NCBI GenBank assembly: GCA_043747615.1
Contig: JAYTOU010000003.1
Span: 128,001-192,000 of the forward strand
Reading direction: 5' to 3'
Source: Myxococcales bacterium
GTDB lineage: Bacteria > Myxococcota_A > Polyangia > Polyangiales > Polyangiaceae
Length of the DNA stretch: 64,000 nt
The notes beneath the pieces are model-generated. The model had not been told where the DNA came from. It did not search any database and saw nothing but the letters and a program-made list of their open reading frames with translations. The stretch's first letter is position 1. The number at the start of each line of letters is the position of its first letter. The position numbers and the translations under genes are program-made. Below are positions 48,708-60,559 of the stretch, in pieces.

Positions 48708-50477
48708 TTACTTTCCGAAATCCGGGGACTCGGCGACGGCCCTGGCGTTCTCTATCGTCGTTCTCTTCGTGCGCACGAGCTCCTGGAGAGAGTCGTCGAG
48801 GCGGATGATTCCCAGCGCTTTTCCCCGCTGCTGCAGGCTCGGGATCTGAAACGTGCGGTTGTCGCGAATGAGGCTCCACAGCGGGATTGACCCGGGGAGA
48901 ACCTCCGCCGCCGCGACCATGCCGCCGCCCGTGGCTGGAAGAAGCTTCTGCCCCACGACCATCCGCAGGCCGCCCGCGAGCGTCATCCGCACTTGCCCTT
49001 GGTCGGCGGGGGGAAAAAGATCGATCAGACGATCGATGGTCTTCGCCGCGCTCGGAGTGTTCATCGTGCCGAGCACCAGGTGACCCGTCTCACTTGCAGC
49101 AAGAGCCATACGCACGGTCTCCGTGTCGCGCAGCTCCCCGACTACGATCACGTCGGGATCTTCGCGGAGGGACGCCTTGAGCGCCGCGGCAAACGTTCTC
49201 GTGTGCCTGCCCACCTCACGCTGGCTCATGAGCGCCTTCTTCCGCGGGTGGAGGTACTCGATCGGATCCTCCACGCTGATCACGTGATGGGTCGACTCGC
49301 GGTTGATGATGTCCACGATCGCGGCCATCGTGCTTGTTTTACCGTGTCCCGTGGGGCCCGTCACAAGGATGAGACCTTGGTGGTGGTGGGTCGCTTCGCC
49401 GATGGCCGCGGGAAGACCGAGTGACTCGAGGGTCGGGATCTCGCGACCGACGAGGCGCATGCACATCTTGTAGCCGGTGCGCTGTCGGGTGACGTTGACC
49501 CGCAGGCGACCAAGCTCCGCGTGCGAGCGCGCGAAGTCACACGAGCCGTCGGCATCGAGCTGGGCGCGGGCCGCACCCTTCACTTCGCCGTCGATGATTC
49601 GCTCCACGAGCTCCGCGTCGAGCGACTTGCCGCGCGCCACGAGATCTCCACTCAACCGGAACATCGCCGGACGGCCCGAGACGATGTGCACATCGCTCGC
49701 CGACTCGCCCCGCGCAGCGGTGACGAGCTCCATGAGCTCCCGGCCGAGAGGTGCGCCCGGATCGATCCTCTCGACACCACGAGGAGTCGACATCGAACGT
49801 ATCGGAAGCGGCGGCGGACCACCGGCGTCAACGCGGGCTGCCGGACGCTTGGGAGCCACGCCCTCGGCGATGCTCCGGCCGTGATCGAGATCGAGAGAAA
49901 ACTCACGGGCGGTGCTAGCGGCAACAATCGGCGTCGCGCTCCGATCCGGGCTCAGATCGAGATCGAGCGAGATCTCGCCCGTCGACATAGCGAGCTCGAC
50001 GACCGGCGGAAACACGGGCGGCGAAGGGGGCGGAGCGACCTTCGTCGGTTCGACTTTTTTCGAACGCTCGACGCCGCCCACCACAGCCGCCCGCAGCTCC
50101 GACGGCACGTCATCCAGCGGTTTCGGAGCGGGAGGGTCTCCAGCGCGCTCGGGCGCCGCGACGGCTCCGGCGACAAACTTCGCCAGAGTGAAGCGAGCCT
50201 GGATGAGCTCGTCCTTCATCACCGCCATGACCGTGACGGACCCGACGCCGTTGACGCGCGCCGTCCAATTTAGCGGCTTCGCGCCGAGATCGTCGACGTA
50301 GCGACTTCCCCCGACGGCCATCAACATCTGAAGAACGTTGTCCGTGCTCGGCGCGACGTCGTCGACGGGTTTGAACGCCCCCGACGTTTTGGCGCAAGGA
50401 AGACGCCCGCTGACGAGCGCGAACTCGGTCACGTTCGGCGCCGACAGGCAGCGGAGCATCTCCTCGATTGTCTTCAA
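48708..50477 (-). CDS. PilT/PilU-family ATPase with a long N-terminal extension
   Basis: ASDVH, GPTGHGKT, EDPIEY, LREDPDVIVVGELRD; likely TTG start at 50477. Confidence 0.88.
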   Translation of the reverse strand: MKTIEEMLRCLSAPNVTEFALVSGRLPCAKTSGAFKPVDDVAPSTDNVLQMLMAVGGSRYVDDLGAKPLNWTARVNGVGSVTVMAVMKDELIQARFTLAKFVAGAVAAPERAGDPPAPKPLDDVPSELRAAVVGGVERSKKVEPTKVAPPPSPPVFPPVVELAMSTGEISLDLDLSPDRSATPIVAASTAREFSLDLDHGRSIAEGVAPKRPAARVDAGGPPPLPIRSMSTPRGVERIDPGAPLGRELMELVTAARGESASDVHIVSGRPAMFRLSGDLVARGKSLDAELVERIIDGEVKGAARAQLDADGSCDFARSHAELGRLRVNVTRQRTGYKMCMRLVGREIPTLESLGLPAAIGEATHHHQGLILVTGPTGHGKTSTMAAIVDIINRESTHHVISVEDPIEYLHPRKKALMSQREVGRHTRTFAAALKASLREDPDVIVVGELRDTETVRMALAASETGHLVLGTMNTPSAAKTIDRLIDLFPPADQGQVRMTLAGGLRMVVGQKLLPATGGGMVAAAEVLPGSIPLWSLIRDNRTFQIPSLQQRGKALGIIRLDDSLQELVRTKRTTIENARAVAESPDFGK

Positions 50478-50498
50478 CGACGAGAGCTTACGACACAA

Positions 50499-51647
50499 TC
50501 ACGCGCGGGGACGATTCTCCGGCGTTCCCTTCATGACCCTGCCCTCTTGACCCTGGGCGTACGCCTCGAAGAGCTTTCCCCACGACGTGTCGCGCTTCCA
50601 GTTTTCGAAGGTCTTCTTGTCCTTGAGCGGCCAGCGGTAATAGTCGTGGTAGGCCTCGCTGCCCGCGATGAAGACGTTGACCAGCGGGGTGTGAAAGAAG
50701 AGCTTCTGAAAGCGCTTCATCGGCCCGAACCACATGAAGTCGCCGACCATGCTCGCGCCGTTGTCGCCGACCGAAAATCCCCAACTCTCCTTGGAGATGT
50801 CGTCGCCCACGATCTCGATGTCCCGCGGATCGCCGACACCGAGGCCGTCGTCGTGCGCGACTTTGATGTACTCGAGCGACATCGGGTCGAAGCCCATCAT
50901 CTTGGCCGCAACCGCGTCGATCGCCGTCTGATCGGAAGACGCGAGCATGTAGTCTTTAATCACCGGGAACATGGTGCGCGGGCCGGGGCCGTTGCCCGCG
51001 GTGGTGCCGTCCATGATGGCGAAGAGGCCCGAGTGGATCTCTTTCTGGATGGCCAGGAGATCGACGAGCGTCTTGTGAATCCAGGTATGCGTGTAGTGCC
51101 GCTTGGTGGCGAGAAGACCGCCGAAGGCATTTTTCATGGCTCCGGTGGTGGTGGTGTAGATGTGACACTTAACCGTCGGCAGGTGGACGATGTTCTTCCC
51201 GAAGAAATAATCCGGGATCTGGATCCCCTCCGGAAAAATCTTGTGAAGGACGTGCATCTTCGCCTTCGGCTTGTAGTCGACCCACTTCATGTCGTTCGGC
51301 TTGAAGTTGTAGAGAACCGGGATCTTGTATTTCTTGAAGAGCGGCAGGTAGTGGTTCAAGTCTTCGCCCTTGAAGGCGTTGGTGACCACGGTCTTGTTCT
51401 GCACGCAGGAAATGTCCGCGAGACCTGCCTTCTGCAGGGCCAGGATCGTCCCTTCCATTTGCCAGGGCGTGCTGTTTGCGCCGGGGAACGGGTAGTGCCA
51501 GGAGATGTTGTCCTTGAGGATGGTGGTGTGACCGGCGGGGAGCGCTTGCTTCATCCCCGCGAGCTCGCACAGCCGCTCCGTGTCCTCGAGGATCGTCTCC
51601 GGCTTGACCTTCAGAACGGCAACCTTCGATTTTGCGATTTTCGCCAT
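50499..51647 (-). CDS. DUF362-domain protein
   Basis: LKDNISW, LPTVKCH..TTGAMKNAFG, DGT.AG.GPGP, D..AIDAV..KMMGFDP. Confidence 0.85.
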   Translation of the reverse strand: MAKIAKSKVAVLKVKPETILEDTERLCELAGMKQALPAGHTTILKDNISWHYPFPGANSTPWQMEGTILALQKAGLADISCVQNKTVVTNAFKGEDLNHYLPLFKKYKIPVLYNFKPNDMKWVDYKPKAKMHVLHKIFPEGIQIPDYFFGKNIVHLPTVKCHIYTTTTGAMKNAFGGLLATKRHYTHTWIHKTLVDLLAIQKEIHSGLFAIMDGTTAGNGPGPRTMFPVIKDYMLASSDQTAIDAVAAKMMGFDPMSLEYIKVAHDDGLGVGDPRDIEIVGDDISKESWGFSVGDNGASMVGDFMWFGPMKRFQKLFFHTPLVNVFIAGSEAYHDYYRWPLKDKKTFENWKRDTSWGKLFEAYAQGQEGRVMKGTPENRPRA

Positions 51648-51665
51648 GGTGAGAACGACTCCTCG

Positions 51666-54975
<3,310 letters not shown>

Positions 54976-55052
54976 GCTGCTTCGATAAGCCGGAAACCGC
55001 TCGGCGCCAAACTTAGCGTTTTCTCCGGCTCCCTTGCTACGATCAACGAGAC

Positions 55053-57299
55053 GTGCGTACGAGCGTGCCCCCCAAGAAGCGCCCAAGCTTCCCTCCGCTG
55101 CCCCCGAAAAAAGCGGGGCTCGCGGATCCGGAGCGAGTCGAGCTCCGTCTGTCGATCGGGCGCGATGGTCTCGGGCTGGAGCTCGGCGCGCCGGTGGTCG
55201 TCGGTCCTCTGCGGGTGACCGAGCTCGTCCTCAGCATGCCGGGAGTCCGCTTTCCTCTCGATGTGTCGGGGGGTGTCTCGCGATTTCGGCACCGGCGGGG
55301 CGACCTCCAGCGGCTGACCGTCGAGCTCACCGCACACGAGCTCGTGCGCTGGGCCACGCCCCGCCTTCACGGTGTGATCGGCGCAGAGGCGTGCGAGGTT
55401 TGGATCGGCATCTCTCGCTCGGTGGCGACGCTGGCGCTCTCGACGCGTGGCTCTGTGCCGGCATTCCTGGCGTTCGAGGTGAGCGCCACCATCGAAGGTG
55501 AAGACGTGCGCCTCTTCCTCACCGCCGCGCGCGGCACCGGGCTACCCGCGCCTCCGGTCGTGCTCGCGATGGCCGCAATGGCGGCGCTCCTCGGAAAATC
55601 GGCAACGCGCGCTGGAGCTTCATTTACCGTGCAGCAGGCGGCCGCCAAGCTCTCAAAGGGCCTCCTCCCTGACGCCGGCGCGCGCGTCCCGTCGACCGAG
55701 TCGGTGCGTTGGACGGCGCTGGCCACCGCGGTCGATGGTTGGATTCTACATGCATCTCGGCACGGCACCCCCACCGAGACGAGCGCGCATGCGGCGCTCG
55801 CGCGGGAGGCAAACCTTCTCACCCGGGAGGCAGACGACGCGCGCTACGAGCGGGCGTACGATCGCGCACGCGCTCTCGACGTTGCAGTTCTCGAACGGGC
55901 GCCACGCCATCCGGAGGTGTGCGGGCGAATTGCGGAGATCGATCGCCACGCGGGCGGTCGCGCGGAGGCTGCGCTCGGTACCCTCAAAGACTCAGAGCGT
56001 GAGCGAGGGTTTCATCACGGAATGCTTCGCGCGGAGCTCCTCGCAGAAGTAGGAGACACGGCCGCCGCGGTCGCTGCCTTCGCGCATGTGGGGGAGACGG
56101 AGGTCGTCCCGGTCCTCGCGGCGCGTGCATACGAGCGAGCGGCGGAGCTCGTGGCCGATGCCGCGGAGGGCCTCGTTTGGCTTGATTTCGCGGTCGTTCG
56201 CGCGCCGGCAGAGGCGCGCTTGCGATGGGCGCGGGTCGCACGGAGGCTCGCGCTCGGGCGGATCGAGGATGCGATGGCCGACGCCGAGCACCTCGAGGCC
56301 CAAGCCCGCGGGCCGACCGCCCGTCACGAAGTGTGGTGGCGAGCGGGAGCCGAGTGGCAGAAGGCCGGGCTGCACGGCGAGGCCGCTCCCCTCTTCGAAC
56401 GGGCGCTGCGCTTCGTCCCTGATGACGCTGAAGCGCTCGCCGGACTCGGTCGCGCGCTCCTCGCGCAAGGTCGGGCAGCACGCGGAGTCGCCCTTCTCAC
56501 GCGGTCAATCGAGCTCGCCGAGAAAGCCTCGACCACCCCGATCGATCGCACGGTCCTCGATCTTGCGCGCGCGCTTGCCGAGCAGCTGAGCGATCGGCCA
56601 GCGGCTATCGCCCGCGTTCGCGCGGTGCGGAGCGAATCGCCGGAGAGCATCGAGGCGCGCGGCCTCGAAGGACGCTGGCGTGCCGCCATGGGAGATTTCG
56701 CGGGGGCTTCGCTCGCCTTTGCGCGCCTCCGCGAGATCGTCTCGACGCGGGTGGAAGAAGCGTCGTCACCGGACAAAAAGGCCTCTTTGGCGTTCTTGAT
56801 CGAGGCGGCGATCTTCGAACGCGACGTGCGTCATGATCTCCTCGCGTCCCAGCGCCTCCTCGGAGCTGCGCTCCGCCTCGCTCCGCACGACGCCGTCGCC
56901 AGCGCTGCGTACCGCGACGTGGGCGCGCGGATCGTCGGCGTACCGGCCGCTCCGCCAGTTGTGGAGCACGAACCTTCGCCGCCCCCGGCGGTCGAGGAGT
57001 CGTACGACGCTGGAAACGATGACTCGCGCGTCGAGGATCTCACGCGCAAGCTCCACGCTGACGCGAGCGACGACTCGGTGGTCGACGAGCTCGCCTTCCG
57101 CCTCATGCGACTCGGCCGGGCGCACGAGCTCTTGGCGCTCCTCAGCGCGCGGATCGAAGACGCCACTCCGGAGCGGCGCGCGAAGCTCATTCCAAAGCAA
57201 GAGGCCGTCCTGCAGCACCTCGAGGACGACGCCCGCGCGCGCGGCTCGGAGCCCGAGGTCCGCCTCTTCCGCGAAGCCCGTCTCGTCCTCCGACCGTAG
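55053..57299 (+). CDS. TPR-repeat protein with an unknown beta-rich N-terminal domain
   Basis: A...ERAL...PD..EALAGLG and other TPR-like helical repeats. Confidence 0.75.
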   Translation: MRTSVPPKKRPSFPPLPPKKAGLADPERVELRLSIGRDGLGLELGAPVVVGPLRVTELVLSMPGVRFPLDVSGGVSRFRHRRGDLQRLTVELTAHELVRWATPRLHGVIGAEACEVWIGISRSVATLALSTRGSVPAFLAFEVSATIEGEDVRLFLTAARGTGLPAPPVVLAMAAMAALLGKSATRAGASFTVQQAAAKLSKGLLPDAGARVPSTESVRWTALATAVDGWILHASRHGTPTETSAHAALAREANLLTREADDARYERAYDRARALDVAVLERAPRHPEVCGRIAEIDRHAGGRAEAALGTLKDSERERGFHHGMLRAELLAEVGDTAAAVAAFAHVGETEVVPVLAARAYERAAELVADAAEGLVWLDFAVVRAPAEARLRWARVARRLALGRIEDAMADAEHLEAQARGPTARHEVWWRAGAEWQKAGLHGEAAPLFERALRFVPDDAEALAGLGRALLAQGRAARGVALLTRSIELAEKASTTPIDRTVLDLARALAEQLSDRPAAIARVRAVRSESPESIEARGLEGRWRAAMGDFAGASLAFARLREIVSTRVEEASSPDKKASLAFLIEAAIFERDVRHDLLASQRLLGAALRLAPHDAVASAAYRDVGARIVGVPAAPPVVEHEPSPPPAVEESYDAGNDDSRVEDLTRKLHADASDDSVVDELAFRLMRLGRAHELLALLSARIEDATPERRAKLIPKQEAVLQHLEDDARARGSEPEVRLFREARLVLRP

Positions 57300-57386
57300 C
57301 GTCACTGGCACACGGTGTGGCTCCGCGTGCACACGCCGCGTTCACGAACGAGAGATCACGCGGCGAATTAGCCTGAATTTCGAGGC

Positions 57387-57402
57387 GGGAACGAAACTCG
57401 CT
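57387..57402 (+). promoter_or_regulatory. Candidate sigma54 promoter (predicted start at or near the ATG)
   Basis: gGGAACGAAACTCGCt (GG-N10-GC), C at 57401, ATG at 57414; inverted repeat CGCCGCGT-N16-ACGCGGCG at 57334-57365. Confidence 0.5.
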
Positions 57403-57413
57403 AGGTGCCCGTT

Positions 57414-58472
57414 ATGTCCGACATGAAAGAGCGATCTCGCGCCGTGATCTGCGGAGCCGGTGCCGCCGGCCTCGTCCACGCCATCACGTACCGCGCCGCC
57501 GGTGTCGACGTGGTTGGCCTCCATGATCCCGACGGTGGACGGGTCGGCAGCCTCGCCGAGATGACCGGAGCGCGCATGTGCGCCTCGCCTGCCGAGCTCT
57601 TCGCCATGGACGCCGACTTCGTCAGCGTCTGCAGCCCGCCGGCCGCGCACGTGCACCACGCGATCGGCGCGACGAACGGCAAGCGGACGGTCTTCGTGGA
57701 GAAGCCGGTGGCCACGACCCACGCCGATCTCGTGCGCATCGGCGGCCTTCGCGACTGCGTACCCGTCGTTCAATGGCGAGCCGGTCGCGCCATCCGAGCG
57801 ATCCGCGCAGCGGTGCAGCAAGGCTTCTTCGGTCCCGCGCCCGAAGTCACCGCGGATCTCGATTGGGGCCGCGACGAAGCGTATTTTGCGGCGGGGCGCG
57901 GCACTCTCGGTGGGTGGGGGTGCGGCGTCCTCCTCTCCGTCGGTGTCCACGCCGTCGATGCCATCTGCTGGACGCTCGGCAGACCGCTCATCGAATCGCG
58001 CGGCACCCTCGGATACCGGCCCGGGCTCGAGGTCGAAACTACCGCGCTCGCCACGATGCGCTTTCACGGCGGCGCGCGCGCTAGCGTACGAGCCTCTTTC
58101 GACGGCACCAGCGACAGCACGCGCATCTCCTTCAGCGGCGACGGCGTAAGCGCCGTGATCGAGGGCGCCGAGCTCGACCCTACTGCGTCGCGCGTCACGT
58201 GGTCGGCGTCCGATCCAAAGGTGCTCGAATCCCTCCTCGCCATCGAGCGAGCGTCATCGGGCGGGCTCGAACGACCGCTCATCGTTCCGTTTCTGCATGC
58301 GGCCATCGCGTCCGCGAGAGACGGCGCGAGGCCCGGAGAAACGGCGGCGCTCCCGTCCATCGAGAGCACGGTCGACGCTCACCGCGCGATCCTCGACGTG
58401 TATGCGGGCGCGGTTACGACTCGCTCTTTGCGCCCGCGGCCCACGAGTCGCGCAGAGAGATCGTTCGGTTGA
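57414..58472 (+). CDS. Gfo/Idh/MocA-family NAD(P)-dependent oxidoreductase
   Basis: GAGAAG Rossmann motif, [20 protein letters not shown]. Confidence 0.87.
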   Translation: MSDMKERSRAVICGAGAAGLVHAITYRAAGVDVVGLHDPDGGRVGSLAEMTGARMCASPAELFAMDADFVSVCSPPAAHVHHAIGATNGKRTVFVEKPVATTHADLVRIGGLRDCVPVVQWRAGRAIRAIRAAVQQGFFGPAPEVTADLDWGRDEAYFAAGRGTLGGWGCGVLLSVGVHAVDAICWTLGRPLIESRGTLGYRPGLEVETTALATMRFHGGARASVRASFDGTSDSTRISFSGDGVSAVIEGAELDPTASRVTWSASDPKVLESLLAIERASSGGLERPLIVPFLHAAIASARDGARPGETAALPSIESTVDAHRAILDVYAGAVTTRSLRPRPTSRAERSFG

Positions 58473-60093
58473 AGACCAGCGCCTCCGGCTTCGAATCCGA
58501 GTCGACGCAGAAGTAACCGAGACGCTCGAACTGCAAGCGATCGAGCGGTTTCGCCGTCGCGAGGCTGGGCTCGAGACGACACCCCGCGAGGATCTCCAGC
58601 GAGCCCGGGTTGATGAACTGCGTGAAGTCTGCATCCTTGTCTTTCAGCGGATTTTCCTCGCGGAAGAGGCGATCGTAAAGCCGCACCTCGGCGGTGACGG
58701 CGTGCTCCGCCGAGACCCAGTGGATGGTGCCTTTGACCTTGCGTCCATCGGGCGCAGCTCCGCCGAGTGACGCGGGATCCCACGTGCAGCGAAGCTCGGT
58801 GACCTCGCCCGCCTCGTTCTTAACCACCGACGTGCACGTGATGAGACACGCGTACCGCAAGCGCACCTCCTGCCCGGGCGCAAGGCGAAACCATTTTTTC
58901 GCCGGCACCTCCATGAAGTCCTCGCGCTCGACGTAGAGCACGCGCGTGAGCGGTACCTTACGCGACGGCCCTTCGGGTTTTTCGGGATCGAAGGGCGCAT
59001 CGAACGTCTCGACGCGTCCCTCCGCAAAATTCTCGATCACCACTTTGAGCGGACGCAGGACCGCCATTACCCGCGGCGAGCGCGCGTTCAGATCTTCCCG
59101 AAGCGCGTGCTCGAGCAGCGTCACGTCCACGATCCCGTCGCGGGTGGAGACGCCAATGCGGTCGCAGAATTTTCGGATCGCCTCGGGCGTGTAGCCGCGC
59201 CGGCGCAGCCCAGCGAGGGTCGGCATCCGCGGATCGTCCCAACCGTTCACGCGCTTTTCTTCGACGAGCTGCTTCAGCTTTCGCTTCGACTGAATGGTGT
59301 ACGTGAGATTGAGCTTTGCGAATTCGATCTGCTTCGGCTGCGGGGCGGGGAAAGCGAGCGCCTCGAGGAACCAGTGGTAGAGCCCGCGGTGGTTGACGAA
59401 CTCGAGGGTGCAGATGGAGTGCGTGACCCCTTCGATCGCGTCGGACTGGCCGTGCGCCCAGTCGTACATCGGATAGATGCACCAGGCGTCTCCGGTGCGG
59501 TGATGGGCTATCCGCCGAATGCGATACATCACCGGATCGCGGAGCTTCACGTCGGGTGAGGCGAGATCGATCTTCGCGCGCAGAACGTGCGAGCCGTCCG
59601 CGAACTCTCCCTTGCGCATGCGTTCGAAGAGCTCGAGATTTTCCGCCGGCGAGCGATGCCGGTGCGGGCTGTCCTCGCCGGGCTTGTAGAAGTCGCCGCG
59701 GGTCAGACGGATTTCTTCGAGGCTGCGATCATCGACGTAGGCTTTGCCGTCGTTGATGAGACGAACGGCAAGCTCGTAGAGCTTCTCGAAATAGTCCGAC
59801 GCGAAGTAGAGCCTATTTTCCCAGTCGAAACCGAGCCAGCGAATGTCGTTCTGGATCGCCTCGACGTATTCGACGTCCTCCGTTTCGGGGTTCGTGTCGT
59901 CGAAGCGGAGGTTGCATTTGCCGCCGAACTTCGCGGCGAGCCCGAACTGCAGACAGATGGATTTGGCGTGACCAATGTGGAGGTAGCCGTTCGGCTCGGG
60001 GGGAAAACGCGTGACGATCGCCGTGCCGGGCTTCGCGCGTAACTCTTCCTCGATGAGGTCTTCGACGAAATTGCCCGGGCCATCCGCTGTCAT
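58414..60093 (-). CDS. glnS: Glutamine--tRNA ligase
   Basis: [55 protein letters not shown]. Confidence 0.97.
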   Translation of the reverse strand: MTADGPGNFVEDLIEEELRAKPGTAIVTRFPPEPNGYLHIGHAKSICLQFGLAAKFGGKCNLRFDDTNPETEDVEYVEAIQNDIRWLGFDWENRLYFASDYFEKLYELAVRLINDGKAYVDDRSLEEIRLTRGDFYKPGEDSPHRHRSPAENLELFERMRKGEFADGSHVLRAKIDLASPDVKLRDPVMYRIRRIAHHRTGDAWCIYPMYDWAHGQSDAIEGVTHSICTLEFVNHRGLYHWFLEALAFPAPQPKQIEFAKLNLTYTIQSKRKLKQLVEEKRVNGWDDPRMPTLAGLRRRGYTPEAIRKFCDRIGVSTRDGIVDVTLLEHALREDLNARSPRVMAVLRPLKVVIENFAEGRVETFDAPFDPEKPEGPSRKVPLTRVLYVEREDFMEVPAKKWFRLAPGQEVRLRYACLITCTSVVKNEAGEVTELRCTWDPASLGGAAPDGRKVKGTIHWVSAEHAVTAEVRLYDRLFREENPLKDKDADFTQFINPGSLEILAGCRLEPSLATAKPLDRLQFERLGYFCVDSDSKPEALVFNRTISLRDSWAAGAKSES

Positions 60094-60167
60094 GCCGACG
60101 ACTTTACCCGATGCGGTTCATATGGTCGCAAGTTCGTGGTTCTTTGCGCTGAACCTGGTGGAGCGGC

Positions 60168-60512
60168 CTACTTGAGGCAGCACTGGAGGAAGCCGTCGCC
60201 GCCGTCGTCGCCTCCGTACACCGGGGAATCGCCGCAGCGTCCGCCCATCGCCATGCACTGAGCGGGTGTGCCTCCGTCGCCATCCATGGTGCACTGCGCG
60301 ATGCACGTGCCGACGGGTGGAGGCGGCGGCGCGCTGTCGAAGGTGGCGTCTGGCTGATCGACCGAGGCGGGGTTCATCGCCGAGCTGTCGTGCTCGTACC
60401 GACTCGGCGGGTTTACGGTGCCCGGGGGATCCGAAGAGCCTCCCCCGCCCGCCGACGTACAGCCCGCTCCCGAAGCCACAAGGAAAAGGGCCAACGGGAG
60501 CGCGCGTTGCAT
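60168..60512 (-). CDS. Small Cys-rich lipoprotein
   Basis: MQRALPLALFLVASGAGC lipobox; 6-Cys C-terminus ending CCLK. Confidence 0.6.
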   Translation of the reverse strand: MQRALPLALFLVASGAGCTSAGGGGSSDPPGTVNPPSRYEHDSSAMNPASVDQPDATFDSAPPPPPVGTCIAQCTMDGDGGTPAQCMAMGGRCGDSPVYGGDDGGDGFLQCCLK

Positions 60513-60559
60513 CGCCCGCAGTCTTCGCGCGAGGCGACAGCGGGCGTCAATGGAGAAAA

